Positions 18,928 through 28,985 are shown, counted from the first letter of the stretch. The stretch is DNA of 64,000 bases from Verrucomicrobiota bacterium (GCA_012517065.1 JAAYVR010000015.1:11978-75977); one strand, 5' to 3'. Numbers and translations are program-made. Notes: generated from the letters alone by a model not told the origin.

Positions 18928-18972
18928 AACGTTCTTTGGCTCTCGCCATGAGAGCGCACAAACGCCGCCTCA
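18926..18972 (-). other. In-frame UGA plus candidate bacterial SECIS element
   Basis: Minus strand TGA GGCGGCGTT TGTGC GCTCTC-ATGGC-GAGAGC CAAAG AACGTTGT: perfect 6-bp upper stem 14 nt after UGA, G-containing loop, lower stem GCGGCGTT/AACGTTGT. Confidence 0.65.
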
Positions 18973-20175
18973 CCCAAATTGGAACGAACTGACCTTGCGA
19001 TAAGTGCCATCAACGCTTGCAAGGACAAGCTTGGGCGGCTGTGGGCGTTGCTTGTTTCGCAGCACAGTAACCGATTCCCCGAGCCGGCCCTGCAACTTCA
19101 GACCAACTGAGATGGGGTCTTTGGCACTCTTTGCTTCCGTGACTTCAAGGATCGAAAGAACCGGTTCACCGATGTCGAATCGAACGCTCTGATCCACCCC
19201 CAGCGCAAATCGTCCGTTTGCGCCGAAATCATCGCCAACCAACTGCCACGTCGCTCCCTTGTTGTCCTTGCGTTCGATTGTCCAGGACAGAATCTGGTAG
19301 GTTCCTGCGGGGAGTGTGAAACTGCCATTAGATGGGTTGCGAGTGAAGTGACCCGTTGGACCAGCGGCGGTAAACTCGGAGATCGTTTCAGGCACGGTGA
19401 CGGTCCCAAACTTGATGTCGCGAGCCTTTTCGACCTTTACGAAAGCACCGTCACGCGCAACTTCTATCCTGAACAATTGGCCATCGACCTCAACCAGCCG
19501 CCCCAGGTAACGATCGATCCTCTGATCAGTTTCCGTTGCTTTGTCGGGACTCAGAATCAGCCTGTCTGTATCTGCGGTGTCCCACCCGATGTCATCGAAT
19601 GCACCGTTAACGTTGCTGTCCACCAATCTGACCCGATATTTCTTGCCGCCAAAGTCAACATCACCCTCATACCAGCAAGCCGAACTGATATAGACACGGT
19701 CATACTGGTAATAGCGGACAATAACGTGGTACGTCACCGGCCCGTCCTCGGTTTGGAAAACGACACGAGCCGGATCGAAAATGGCGGCGTAAGCGCTGAC
19801 ATCGCCCGAAACGGCCGGATCGTCATCGAGCCGCCCGTTGCCATTCGAATCAATGAAAAGCTTGTTGGGAATCCCACGCTTGGTCGTTCTGTCGAGGCAA
19901 ATCCAGCGGAACCCGGCTTTGTCCATCGGCGTTTTCCAACGCGCGAACACAGGCTTGCCTTGAAGTTGCGGCAAAGCCAGATTCGGCGGCTGGTTGGTCA
20001 GCAGAACGATCCACTGATAAGCCGGAGCTTCATCGCACGTGTGGTATTGCAGCCATTGCTCCGGTTGGGCAAAAAGACGACACGCAAACCAAAGGAGTGC
20101 ACAGCTACCCCATACGCACGCTGCTCGGCGCAAGTTCACTTTATGATTACTACCATAGTTCGCCCCGTTACGCAA
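18970..20175 (-). CDS. Secreted hypothetical protein; probably the N-terminal half of a selenoprotein
   Basis: Signal peptide (RRAACVWGSCALLWFACRLFA-QP); two Ca-loop-like motifs (DSNGNGRLDD, DSNVNGAFDD); ends abruptly FQFG-UGA with the frame still open; start may be GTG 20139. Confidence 0.75.
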   Translation of the reverse strand: MRNGANYGSNHKVNLRRAACVWGSCALLWFACRLFAQPEQWLQYHTCDEAPAYQWIVLLTNQPPNLALPQLQGKPVFARWKTPMDKAGFRWICLDRTTKRGIPNKLFIDSNGNGRLDDDPAVSGDVSAYAAIFDPARVVFQTEDGPVTYHVIVRYYQYDRVYISSACWYEGDVDFGGKKYRVRLVDSNVNGAFDDIGWDTADTDRLILSPDKATETDQRIDRYLGRLVEVDGQLFRIEVARDGAFVKVEKARDIKFGTVTVPETISEFTAAGPTGHFTRNPSNGSFTLPAGTYQILSWTIERKDNKGATWQLVGDDFGANGRFALGVDQSVRFDIGEPVLSILEVTEAKSAKDPISVGLKLQGRLGESVTVLRNKQRPQPPKLVLASVDGTYRKVSSFQFG

Positions 20176-20229
20176 TAGGACCGAAATAAGTTCATCGCCG
20201 GGCAGCCCACCAGCAGCAAGAACCGCCCG

Positions 20230-20850
20230 TCAAAACCTGCTCTGTGGCATGGTCCCCAGAAGCTTGAAAAGCAACCATGCCGCCGCCGCGAGAAACCCCA
20301 GCGCAATAACCCCCGCAATCCACTTGAACAATCGGGCTTGAAATCTAATTCGCTCCGTCTGCGCATACTGTTCCTCCTGAAGCCGAGCGAGTTGTGCAGT
20401 CAGGTGCTCAGGCAATGCCGGTCCCTCGCGCAAAACGAGTGTAAGCCATCTGCCCGAACCATCACCGAATGCCTTTGGCAAAGTCACCAGTTCGTCGTTG
20501 TCCGGCTGCCGAAACCCGGCTGATCGCCAAAAACCGGTTACAATGCCTTTCATCCAAAGCCGTTCGCACCCGTGGTTGCGCGCCAAAACAAGAAGCTTCT
20601 CCCACAAGAAGGGACGCACCTGTTCTTCCTGGTGCGCAGAGGAAAAGGATTCGCCGTAAATGAGCCCGTGCGCCCCCGAGACTCGCAAACCCATCGTACC
20701 GACAAGAACCCCGTCAGGTCGCACCACGACCTGAAAATCTGTCAGGTGCTTTTCAAGATCCAGCACAGGCAGGCACGCAGTCTCCCACAGGCCCCGCAGC
20801 ACGGGCAAATCATCCAGATTTGCTCTGCGAATCGAATACTCGCTTTGCAT
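20230..20850 (-). CDS. GNAT-fold (ArgA-like) protein with C-terminal membrane anchor
   Basis: IRRANLDDLPVLRGLWETACLPVLDLE...ARNHGCERLW...FWRSAGF GNAT pattern; C-terminal hydrophobic helix; ATG 20850 preferred as start. Confidence 0.65.
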   Translation of the reverse strand: MQSEYSIRRANLDDLPVLRGLWETACLPVLDLEKHLTDFQVVVRPDGVLVGTMGLRVSGAHGLIYGESFSSAHQEEQVRPFLWEKLLVLARNHGCERLWMKGIVTGFWRSAGFRQPDNDELVTLPKAFGDGSGRWLTLVLREGPALPEHLTAQLARLQEEQYAQTERIRFQARLFKWIAGVIALGFLAAAAWLLFKLLGTMPQSRF

Positions 20851-21019
20851 CAACGCCTCTCGCCTGCAACGTCCCGCCCCGGCACGGCCGGAAAACATCA
20901 GCGCAACAGAAATCTACATAACTTGACGCGACAATGCCCATTTCCATTCAGCGTGGAGCACCCCGGAGACGCATTACCCCAGAATCAAAGACACACTATC
21001 ATCTTCACACCTGCTGTCT

Positions 21020-21631
21020 TCAATTCCCCTGCTTGTTTTTCTTGAACTGGATTTTGATTGTGTCCAGCAACCTGCTGGCAAACGATTTGCGCTTCGGGGG
21101 CGCCGCAACGCCTGTCACCGGCTGGCAGGAGCCGCTGCACGCCGGACAAAAGAGGCGCGATTTCCCGCCCACCAAGTGCAGCTCGCGCACACAAGCCTCA
21201 CAATACATTCGACCGCATTGAGTGCACTTGAGCACAGCCTCGATGCCGGGATGGTTAATACAAGCGGGGCGACCGTCATCAAGCGTCGTCTGGACGGGTT
21301 CGGCAGGTTTCGGCAACGGAGGAATGGATATCTCGGCAGGCAACACAGAAAGCCGCATCTCCATGCTGCCAAGCATCAGCACCTGGCCATTTCTGATCTC
21401 GGCGTCGAGTACGCGCCGGTTGTCAATCCATGTGCCATTTGTTGAGCCCAAATCACGAACGCGAACAGAGAAGTCCGTGACAATGACCTCGCAGTGCCTG
21501 GCCGAAACAGTGACATCGTTCAAAACGAAGTCATTGGCTTCCGCGCGCCCAAGAAAATTGGACCCCCGTTGCAACTCGAGTTCATCGCCCTTTTGAGCGC
21601 CGTTCAATATGATCAGCCGGGCTGTGGCCAT
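21020..21631 (-). CDS. FHA domain protein with C-terminal B-box-like zinc finger
   Basis: LGRAEAND...VSARHC...DLGSTNGTW (FHA); CINHPGIEAVLKCTQCGRMYCEAC...CPAC; ATG 21631. Confidence 0.88.
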   Translation of the reverse strand: MATARLIILNGAQKGDELELQRGSNFLGRAEANDFVLNDVTVSARHCEVIVTDFSVRVRDLGSTNGTWIDNRRVLDAEIRNGQVLMLGSMEMRLSVLPAEISIPPLPKPAEPVQTTLDDGRPACINHPGIEAVLKCTQCGRMYCEACVRELHLVGGKSRLFCPACSGSCQPVTGVAAPPKRKSFASRLLDTIKIQFKKNKQGN

Positions 21632-21946
21632 ATAACTCACTTGTTTTGCTGCTCGAAATGATACTACCATAATGCACCTTAACCGCAACTGCAGAGAATC
21701 GGGATCAAGACGGACCAGACCATTGCAAATTGACAACGGCCCTCAACACCCGCGCACGAACTTAAGGCTGGCATAAACCAAGCAGTGTCGGTATGGTCAA
21801 TAAATGAACTCGGCCAACCAGGCTTCTTGGGCGACTGGCACATGATTGCGCGAACGGGAATGCACGTGTGGTTGCAGTAGCGCCTTGCGTCCCAGTTCCC
21901 TGTGCGGTTGCTTTGAAGACAAGGCAGTCGAACGCCGTCCATTAAC

Positions 21947-24019
21947 ATGATTATGGCTAGAGCAAGCGGTTATGCGCGGGCAACAGCCGCAGTGGCGGCC
22001 TGCGCCATAGTCATTTCTTTGCTCACTTCGTGCCAGAACCAGAAGGTTACCGGTGGAAGCAGTGTCAAGTACCCGCCTCCTCCAGCAGCAGAGACGTCTG
22101 ACAGCCAATCACCCCCCCCGAACAAGACCTCCGCAAAGCAGCAAAAGCAGAAGTCAAAACAGGCCCCTGTCAAATACAGCACAAGCTACGAAAACGAAAT
22201 CAAAGAGGTATTTGATCTCGCTGAAAAAGGGGATTGGGACGCAGCCGAGAACCGCGCAAACGCCCTTTACGCAAGGGAACCCCGGGACCCGGCTGTTCAA
22301 CGCCTCCGCGAATGGGTCAGAAAACGGCGTGAGCAAAGCCGTGAACGCGCAATCGAAGACCGCATAAGGACCCTTGACGCCCGCGATTCAGTTTTTAATC
22401 CAACACTCAAGAGTCTTGCGACCGAAAAGAAAGACCGCGGTCTTCCGCCCAGAAAAGACGTTCGGGACGCGGTTCAGCAAATAGAAGCCACACCTTATAT
22501 ACCGCCGACCTATGGCAAGACGAACATATTGGCAGACACCGGGCTGCTTTTTGATTTCGAATCCCGCCAAGGTCGAATGTCCAAAATCTTGGATAAAGAG
22601 ATTTCCGTTCACCTCGACGACGCCACACTCGAATCAATCATTTTCACAATCGGCCAGGCTGAAGGAATCAATTTTGTCGCTGACAAGTCCTTGCCTGCAT
22701 TCCAGACGAAAATGAGCATCAACATGCATCGAGTTAAGCTATCCGAATTCCTGCGTTACGTGTCGCGAAACCTCGACCTTCAATTCCAGGTGGGCGACGA
22801 TCTTGTCTGGATAGTCGATGCCAAGGACCCGAAGAAGATAATGGAAGAAACACGATTCTACCGCTTGCGCAAAGGCTTTATCCTCCCCGCCCAACTTGGG
22901 CCAAGCGAGGTGGTCCGCACCGAAACCAGGGCGCAAAACGCCGTCACAGTCACCGAAGTCCAGAAGGTCGATAGATTCGTAAACGACCTGGCGCCGCCCA
23001 CGCCATCCATCGAGCGCGCAATCACAAACTTCTTCACCGGCAAGTACCAGATCGACTACGAACGGAACATCATAGTTGCGCGTGGCACACGCGAACAGTT
23101 GGACGTGCTCGAGCAGATAATCAAGGAATTCGATCAACCAATCCAGCAGGTGCTCATCGAGGCAAGGTTTATTACTGTGACTCAGGGCGCATTTCTGCGC
23201 CTCGGAGTTATTTGGGGATCAAAAGGTGGCGACCTTGTTGTTGAAGCGCCCGCTGATCAACTTGGCATGGCGAAGCTGCCCGTTTCCTCTGCTTTCACAT
23301 GGAATTGGACGAACGTTTTTGGCGTGCCGGATTTGTCGGCCGTTCTGACAGCACTCGAACAGTCAGGCGAAAGCCAGGAACTCAGCGCCCCACGTCTCAC
23401 CGTTCTCAACAACCTGCCCGCAACCATCTCCGACGGCAAAGTGCAGTACTACTATGAAGAGTACCAGGTGAAAACCACCATACTCGAGCGCCGTTCGTCA
23501 TCCCAACTCGTGCCAGCCGGAAAACCCACCAAGATCACCGCCGGCGCTTCGTTGGAAGTCCTGGCAAGCATAGGCGGCGACGGAAAAACCGTGCTGCTTG
23601 CTCTGAATCCGAAGGTGAATTCGGACGTGCAACTCACACCTTTCATGACAATCACTGACACCGACGACACCGGCAAAGTTGTCAGCAAAGTGGATATTCG
23701 CCTTCCGGAGTACCGCACCCAAGACCTCGCAACGCGCGTGGCCGTCCAGTCCGGCCAAACGGTCGTCATGGGCGGTGTCCTCGAACGTCAGCAGAATACG
23801 TATGTCGAGTCAGTTCCAGTACTCGGCAACCTGCCGATTATTGGCCCAATTTTCAGGCGCCGAACCGAGATTGACCGGCCCCGGTACCTGTTGATTTTTG
23901 TCACGGCTACCATTTTGTCCGAAACCGGCGAGTACGTTATTTACACACAGGAACCTTCAACCCAAAACCGTCCAACACCACGACCGGACGAGCAGGCAAC
24001 CCCGGCACAGACTCCGTAA
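21947..24019 (+). CDS. Secretin (GspD/PilQ family), predicted lipoprotein
   Basis: Lipobox LLTSC; STN/N-domain; QVLIEARFI, SAPRLTVLNN, GQTVVMGG...VPVLGNLPIIGPIFR...LLIFVTATI. Confidence 0.92.
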   Translation: MIMARASGYARATAAVAACAIVISLLTSCQNQKVTGGSSVKYPPPPAAETSDSQSPPPNKTSAKQQKQKSKQAPVKYSTSYENEIKEVFDLAEKGDWDAAENRANALYAREPRDPAVQRLREWVRKRREQSRERAIEDRIRTLDARDSVFNPTLKSLATEKKDRGLPPRKDVRDAVQQIEATPYIPPTYGKTNILADTGLLFDFESRQGRMSKILDKEISVHLDDATLESIIFTIGQAEGINFVADKSLPAFQTKMSINMHRVKLSEFLRYVSRNLDLQFQVGDDLVWIVDAKDPKKIMEETRFYRLRKGFILPAQLGPSEVVRTETRAQNAVTVTEVQKVDRFVNDLAPPTPSIERAITNFFTGKYQIDYERNIIVARGTREQLDVLEQIIKEFDQPIQQVLIEARFITVTQGAFLRLGVIWGSKGGDLVVEAPADQLGMAKLPVSSAFTWNWTNVFGVPDLSAVLTALEQSGESQELSAPRLTVLNNLPATISDGKVQYYYEEYQVKTTILERRSSSQLVPAGKPTKITAGASLEVLASIGGDGKTVLLALNPKVNSDVQLTPFMTITDTDDTGKVVSKVDIRLPEYRTQDLATRVAVQSGQTVVMGGVLERQQNTYVESVPVLGNLPIIGPIFRRRTEIDRPRYLLIFVTATILSETGEYVIYTQEPSTQNRPTPRPDEQATPAQTP

Positions 24020-25857
24020 TGGCTCGCGTTCGCGTTTCCATTCTTCAGCACATTGTGCCACTGGCATGCCACCGCGTGCTGGTCATAGACCCGGGACGCC
24101 GCCAGCTCAAACTGCTCCTGGCTGAATCCAGACTCGGCAGGTTCCGCGTCGTCCACCGCCAAGCCGTCAGCGTCCCGGAAGAAGGCGCTCTCGACCCGGA
24201 TGAAATGCGCCAGCACATGGCGTTGCTTGTTCCAGAACTTGGCGCGCATCAGACTGCTATTGTGCTTCCTCAGCACAAGGCCATAACTCAAACAATAGAC
24301 CTCCCGCACAATCACCTTCAGGCGCCCCGCGAGTACCTCGTTGCAGAAGCACGCAAGTTGAGCGGTCTTTCCGAAGACGAATTGGCTGTCGCATTCACTC
24401 GGCTCCAACCATGGGCAACTTTGAGCCACCCGCATGTGCTCTCGTTCTGCAAACGCAAAGAACTCGATTTGTTGATCGATCAGTTCGCACCCGAAAAAAG
24501 CGAAGACGCAGACGAAGATGATCAGTTGATCGAAATAACCACCACCGCCCAGGGACTAATAGCCGCCAGCAGAACGCTCCACCCGCCTCCACTCGACGCG
24601 GTACTCGTGGACCTCGGCGCCCAGGAAACAACCGTGGTGATTCTCGTGGCAGGACAGGGCGTCTTCGCAACCAGTTTCGAGGGTGGTAGTGACAGCTTCA
24701 CCCGCGCCCTGCTCGAAGCTGGTTGCACCACTGCCGAGGAAGCTGAATCTGCCCAGCGTGCAACAGATTTCTTCCAAGGACCAAACACGGCGCAGGCCTT
24801 GGTCAGCACTGTTACCAAATGGCACACCGAGCTCACCCGCTGTATAACCGAATGGACGGATGACAACCCTGCTTTGAAGATCGCCCCCGGCGATCTGCCC
24901 GTGTACCTCGCAGGCGGCGGCGCCGCACAAAAGGGACTGGTCGATTACCTGAACAAGCTCGGTCCGATGCGCTTCCAATGTTGGCCCAACCCACCCGGAG
25001 CCAGCCCAATGGACAGTTTCTGGGTCGCATGCGGAGTGGCTCGAGTCGCTCTCGGCAAAGAACCCGGCCGTTTGTCTTTCCTGCCGGATGATTTTCAGCA
25101 ACGTCGTGCCAAACGCGCTTTCTGGGAAGCCGTCCAAGCCGCCGTGTTTGCGCTTTTGGTAACTGTCGCGACTCTGCTCTCGGTCGGCACGTGGCAGAAC
25201 TCCAAGCTTCTCGAGCGCAAACGCGCGCTCATCGCTCAAACAACAAGCGCCCTCGAGTCGGCCCGTGCTGTTGGTGAACTCATGCAACAGGTGGACGCCA
25301 AATATGCCGCTCTGCGTCCAATCATACTGCGCCGGGCGCAAACCATCGCAACCCTGCAGAGTTGGACCGCCGTAAACCAGGTACGCACAAACAACGATTA
25401 CTGGATGGTCCTGTTCGCCGACAGCCTCAGTTACCTCGAAGGCGCTACTGCACCACAAGCTTCCACGAACCAAGCTGCCCTTGGACCTGCGCAAACGCAC
25501 CTCAATCCCGGCCGCCGCGCAGAATTCGTTACCGAGGTCTGCATTCCGCAGCAGGGCGAACCTGCCCGCAGAATCTTGAACCAGTTCGTTCTCTCCCTGA
25601 AAGGGCTTGGAGTATTCGCCCGAGTCGATGAACTGCCAGCCGAACGAAAGCGCGAAATCGTCGATCCGCGAGTGATAATCAGCAACCAGGTTTATGGCGT
25701 GTCCATGGAAATGGCGCCGCCATCGCCTCTGGGAGCCGAAGACTCCGAATTCCGGCGGAACAGTTCGCCCGGTGCGTCGCGGCGGCTCCCGGCTCCAGCG
25801 TCCACGAACAACCAACCAGAGGCGCCAACGCCCACCGCCACATCGACCAACCGCTGA
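24019..25857 (+). CDS. PilM/GspL-like actin-fold protein fused to a TM helix and a PilN-like region
   Basis: LVIDPG, VLVDLGAQET, GGSDSFTRAL, VYLAGGGA...GLVDYL actin-like motifs, then a TM helix and coiled-coil. Confidence 0.75.
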   Translation: MARVRVSILQHIVPLACHRVLVIDPGRRQLKLLLAESRLGRFRVVHRQAVSVPEEGALDPDEMRQHMALLVPELGAHQTAIVLPQHKAITQTIDLPHNHLQAPREYLVAEARKLSGLSEDELAVAFTRLQPWATLSHPHVLSFCKRKELDLLIDQFAPEKSEDADEDDQLIEITTTAQGLIAASRTLHPPPLDAVLVDLGAQETTVVILVAGQGVFATSFEGGSDSFTRALLEAGCTTAEEAESAQRATDFFQGPNTAQALVSTVTKWHTELTRCITEWTDDNPALKIAPGDLPVYLAGGGAAQKGLVDYLNKLGPMRFQCWPNPPGASPMDSFWVACGVARVALGKEPGRLSFLPDDFQQRRAKRAFWEAVQAAVFALLVTVATLLSVGTWQNSKLLERKRALIAQTTSALESARAVGELMQQVDAKYAALRPIILRRAQTIATLQSWTAVNQVRTNNDYWMVLFADSLSYLEGATAPQASTNQAALGPAQTHLNPGRRAEFVTEVCIPQQGEPARRILNQFVLSLKGLGVFARVDELPAERKREIVDPRVIISNQVYGVSMEMAPPSPLGAEDSEFRRNSSPGASRRLPAPASTNNQPEAPTPTATSTNR

Positions 25858-25865
25858 ACAGCGCC

Positions 25866-26717
25866 ATGGCACTCATATCCCACATAAAATGGTTCCCTTC
25901 CGCCGCGTTCATCGCAACAGTGCTGCTTGGTGCATATTACAGGCTTGCGTACCAGCCTCTGGTCCGTGCCTCAGCGGCACAAGACAAGGAACTCGTCACC
26001 CTGTGGGGCCGATTGGTGTCGAGCAATGAACAGGTTCGCGCGTGCCGTGGGCTGTCGATAGAAAACCACAACGAACGCGTCATGGAATTGAATGGTGCAT
26101 TGGCCAACCTCGATCGAGCTCAGGAACTGATCAAACAACGCATCGAAATAGGCGTCGCCACTCGCGCCAAAATGGAGCAACCATGGCAATTGATAGATTT
26201 TCAAATCGAGCGCCTCCAACAGGCCGGCGCACTTTTGCGCATCGCCAAGGAAAATCGTGTTACTGTTGAAGCCGCCGCTCTTGCAGGACTGCCAGAGTAC
26301 TCGGTGGACCTTCCCGAGCCGCGTTTGCTCTGGCCAAGGCTTGACATGGCAGCGCAGCTCCTGACCGCGGCGATCCAAAGCAAGGTAACCTCGATTCGAA
26401 ACATCAATCAGTTAAGCCCAATCACGCACCCGGGACCAACACGCGATGCGCCTGCGCTTGAAGAAGTCGCCATGCGAATCGAGTTGGTCGGCTCCGCAGA
26501 ATCCGCAACTCGCTTCCTCAAAAGCATTCCCGCAACCGGCGATCGGTTGGTCGCATTGGGATTCACAGGCACCGTGACAAACAAACCTGTCTTTTTCATC
26601 GACAAGGTCCTGGTCCGCAAATTTGCCCCCGACCGGCCCGGCGAGGTCCAGCTCGAAGCCCGTGTTTGCGGGTTCGTTCCATGGCCAACCGGACAAAATG
26701 CCGGAGGCGCCCGTTGA
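25866..26717 (+). CDS. PilO/GspM-like assembly protein (possibly Amuc_1100-like)
   Basis: N-terminal TM helix, coiled-coil and ferredoxin-like C-terminus (MRIELVGSAESATRFL...FFIDKVLV); position after the PilM/N-like gene. Confidence 0.6.
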   Translation: MALISHIKWFPSAAFIATVLLGAYYRLAYQPLVRASAAQDKELVTLWGRLVSSNEQVRACRGLSIENHNERVMELNGALANLDRAQELIKQRIEIGVATRAKMEQPWQLIDFQIERLQQAGALLRIAKENRVTVEAAALAGLPEYSVDLPEPRLLWPRLDMAAQLLTAAIQSKVTSIRNINQLSPITHPGPTRDAPALEEVAMRIELVGSAESATRFLKSIPATGDRLVALGFTGTVTNKPVFFIDKVLVRKFAPDRPGEVQLEARVCGFVPWPTGQNAGGAR

Positions 26718-26730
26718 CGAGAATCGACCT

Positions 26731-27234
26731 ATGGTAAGGCTTTTCGAGCGCAAAACCTGGGTGTCAGCCGCAATAGCCTTCGCGCTGTTGGTGCTCGCTG
26801 TGGCTGTCGCTGTGAACCTGCGTGGCACGCTGCCAGATTTGAAGCCGCTGCCCGCAAGAAACCCGCCACCAATTCACTTCTCGAATGAGACCGAAGAACA
26901 GGGCTGGCAGACTTTGGACGCTTCCCTCCAAGTTCAATTGCCTACGAATGTCATCAATCCTTTCTTCACACTCCACTTCCAGCCGCCGCCGCCGCCGCCA
27001 ACCAAGAAGGTTGCATTGCAATATCAAGGTTGTCTCATGTCCTCAAAAGGCGTCGGACTCGCTTATGTCCTTGTGGACAAGTCGCTCCTGATCCTGACCA
27101 ACGGCGCACGCGTGGTCGCCGATCATGCAATAAGCGAAATCGGGGTGACAAACCTTACTTTGACCAACAGCGCCGGGGTTACGAACATCCTGAAGTTCAG
27201 AACAACAACGGTGCTCGAAGTCCCAGCCTCCTGA
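26731..27234 (+). CDS. PilP/GspC-like bitopic protein
   Basis: N-terminal TM helix, NPFF + poly-Pro linker, small beta domain (LQYQG...AYV); sits between the PilO-like gene and the ATPase. Confidence 0.55.
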   Translation: MVRLFERKTWVSAAIAFALLVLAVAVAVNLRGTLPDLKPLPARNPPPIHFSNETEEQGWQTLDASLQVQLPTNVINPFFTLHFQPPPPPPTKKVALQYQGCLMSSKGVGLAYVLVDKSLLILTNGARVVADHAISEIGVTNLTLTNSAGVTNILKFRTTTVLEVPAS

Positions 27235-27236
27235 GC

Positions 27237-28985
27237 ATGGATACACAACCGTCAAAAAAAGAAGTCGGCGACATCCTCCACGAACGAGGAAAGTTGACCG
27301 ATGCTCAGTTGGACACAATCCGAAGACGCCAACAACGCTGGCACACCCCACAACACGTCGCCATACTCAATCTCGGTTACGCTTCCGAGGAGGACACTTA
27401 TCGCGCCCTGGCAGAGCTTCACCAAATTGAGTTCCGCGACCTTGCCAATTTTCAGTTCTCCGATTCTCTGAAGGAACTCGTGCCGGTCGCCGTCATGCTC
27501 AATTACAGAGTACTGCCACTCGGATCAGAACCCGACGCACTCATTCTCGCTTTCACCGAACCACCCCGCCAAACAGAAATCAACAACCTCAGGCTTCTCC
27601 TCAACCGCAAAATCAAACCCGTCCTCATTACCCCAAGCTGCCTGCGAGCAATCATCAGACAACACTTCGGCCTCGGCGCCGAGACAATTCAGCGCCTCCG
27701 CGAAGACCGCGAACTCAAGGACGGTGCAAGAGAGATCGTCTTCGACATCACAACCGGCGAAGGCACACCCGCTGTCGATGCAAGCATCTCACGGCTCGTC
27801 GAGCAAATCCTCTCAGAAGCCCTTCGCCTCTCCGCAAGTGACATCCATATCGAGCCGTACCCTTCCGCAATCCGACTCCGCTATCGCATCGACGGTGTAT
27901 TGCAGTCCGTGCCCGTGCCCGCTGATCTGCGTCAAATCTACGCTGCGTTGGTTTCACGACTCAAAATCATGGCCGGTCTGGACATAACCGAGAAACGCGT
28001 CCCGCATGACGGCCGCATTTCAATGAAAACTGAACGCGAGGAATATGACCTGCGCGTATCCATCATCCCAACCAAACACGGCGAAAGCATCTGCCTGCGC
28101 ATCCTCGGGCGCCAAAGCCTGTTCTTGGACTTGAAAGAGTTGGGTCTCAATCCTTCCCAAGAAGAGCTCATCCGACAGCTCACGCAGCTCCCTCAAGGGT
28201 TGGTCCTGTTGACTGGCCCAACAGGCAGTGGCAAAACCACAACGTTGTATGCCGCCCTCGCTCATGCCAACGACGAAGGCCGCAAAATCATCACCATCGA
28301 GGACCCTGTCGAGTACCAATTGGAAGGAGTCATCCAAATACAGGTCTGGGAAGAGGTCGGCCTCACGTTCGCAAGCGGTTTGCGCTCAATCCTCCGGCAT
28401 GACCCCGACGTTGTCCTGATCGGAGAAATTCGCGATCCCGAAACAGCAGAGATAGCTGTTCGCGCCGCCCAAACCGGGCATCTGGTTTTCTCCACAGTTC
28501 ATACCAACGACAGCGTCAGCGTCGTGACCAGGCTGCTGGACATGGGCGTGGAACCATTCTTGCTAGGTTCTTCCCTTGTTTGCAGCATTGCCCAACGCCT
28601 CGCCCAGCGCATATGTCCACATTGCAAGGAACCCGACACATCCATTCCCAAGCAGTTCCGTGAAGAAATGGCAACTGCATTGGCAATCAACCCTGCCGAC
28701 CTGCGAGCTTTCCACGGCGCCGGCTGCATCGAATGCAACAACAAAGGACACCGAGGCCGCGTAGCGCTTTATGAGTTCTTTGTCATGACGGAAGAGATCG
28801 CCGACATGCTGGGCTCGAGAGTACCCACGGGCCAGTTGCGTGCTGCAGCGCGCGAACGAGGTTGGCGATGCCTGCGCGATGAAGGCTGGGCCAAGGTCCA
28901 GGCAGGTCTGATCCCCATCGCCGAACTCCAAAGGCTCACGAGGAGAATCATCCCGCCTCCCTCATTGATAACACCCTCAAAATAG
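27237..28985 (+). CDS. Type II secretion / type IV pilus assembly ATPase (GspE/PilB family)
   Basis: ASDIHIEP, GPTGSGKTTTL, TIEDPVE, DPDVVLIGEIRD, TGHLVFSTVHTN, two CxxC; ATG 27237 lies 2 nt after the previous stop. Confidence 0.93.
   Translation: MDTQPSKKEVGDILHERGKLTDAQLDTIRRRQQRWHTPQHVAILNLGYASEEDTYRALAELHQIEFRDLANFQFSDSLKELVPVAVMLNYRVLPLGSEPDALILAFTEPPRQTEINNLRLLLNRKIKPVLITPSCLRAIIRQHFGLGAETIQRLREDRELKDGAREIVFDITTGEGTPAVDASISRLVEQILSEALRLSASDIHIEPYPSAIRLRYRIDGVLQSVPVPADLRQIYAALVSRLKIMAGLDITEKRVPHDGRISMKTEREEYDLRVSIIPTKHGESICLRILGRQSLFLDLKELGLNPSQEELIRQLTQLPQGLVLLTGPTGSGKTTTLYAALAHANDEGRKIITIEDPVEYQLEGVIQIQVWEEVGLTFASGLRSILRHDPDVVLIGEIRDPETAEIAVRAAQTGHLVFSTVHTNDSVSVVTRLLDMGVEPFLLGSSLVCSIAQRLAQRICPHCKEPDTSIPKQFREEMATALAINPADLRAFHGAGCIECNNKGHRGRVALYEFFVMTEEIADMLGSRVPTGQLRAAARERGWRCLRDEGWAKVQAGLIPIAELQRLTRRIIPPPSLITPSK

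Noticed and set aside
18970-18972. Genome-wide UGA reassignment (genetic code 4 or 25) as the explanation for the in-frame TGA
   Set aside because: TGA terminates conserved genes at their expected ends here (leuS, pheT, scpA with an ATGA overlap), so UGA is a normal stop in this genome.
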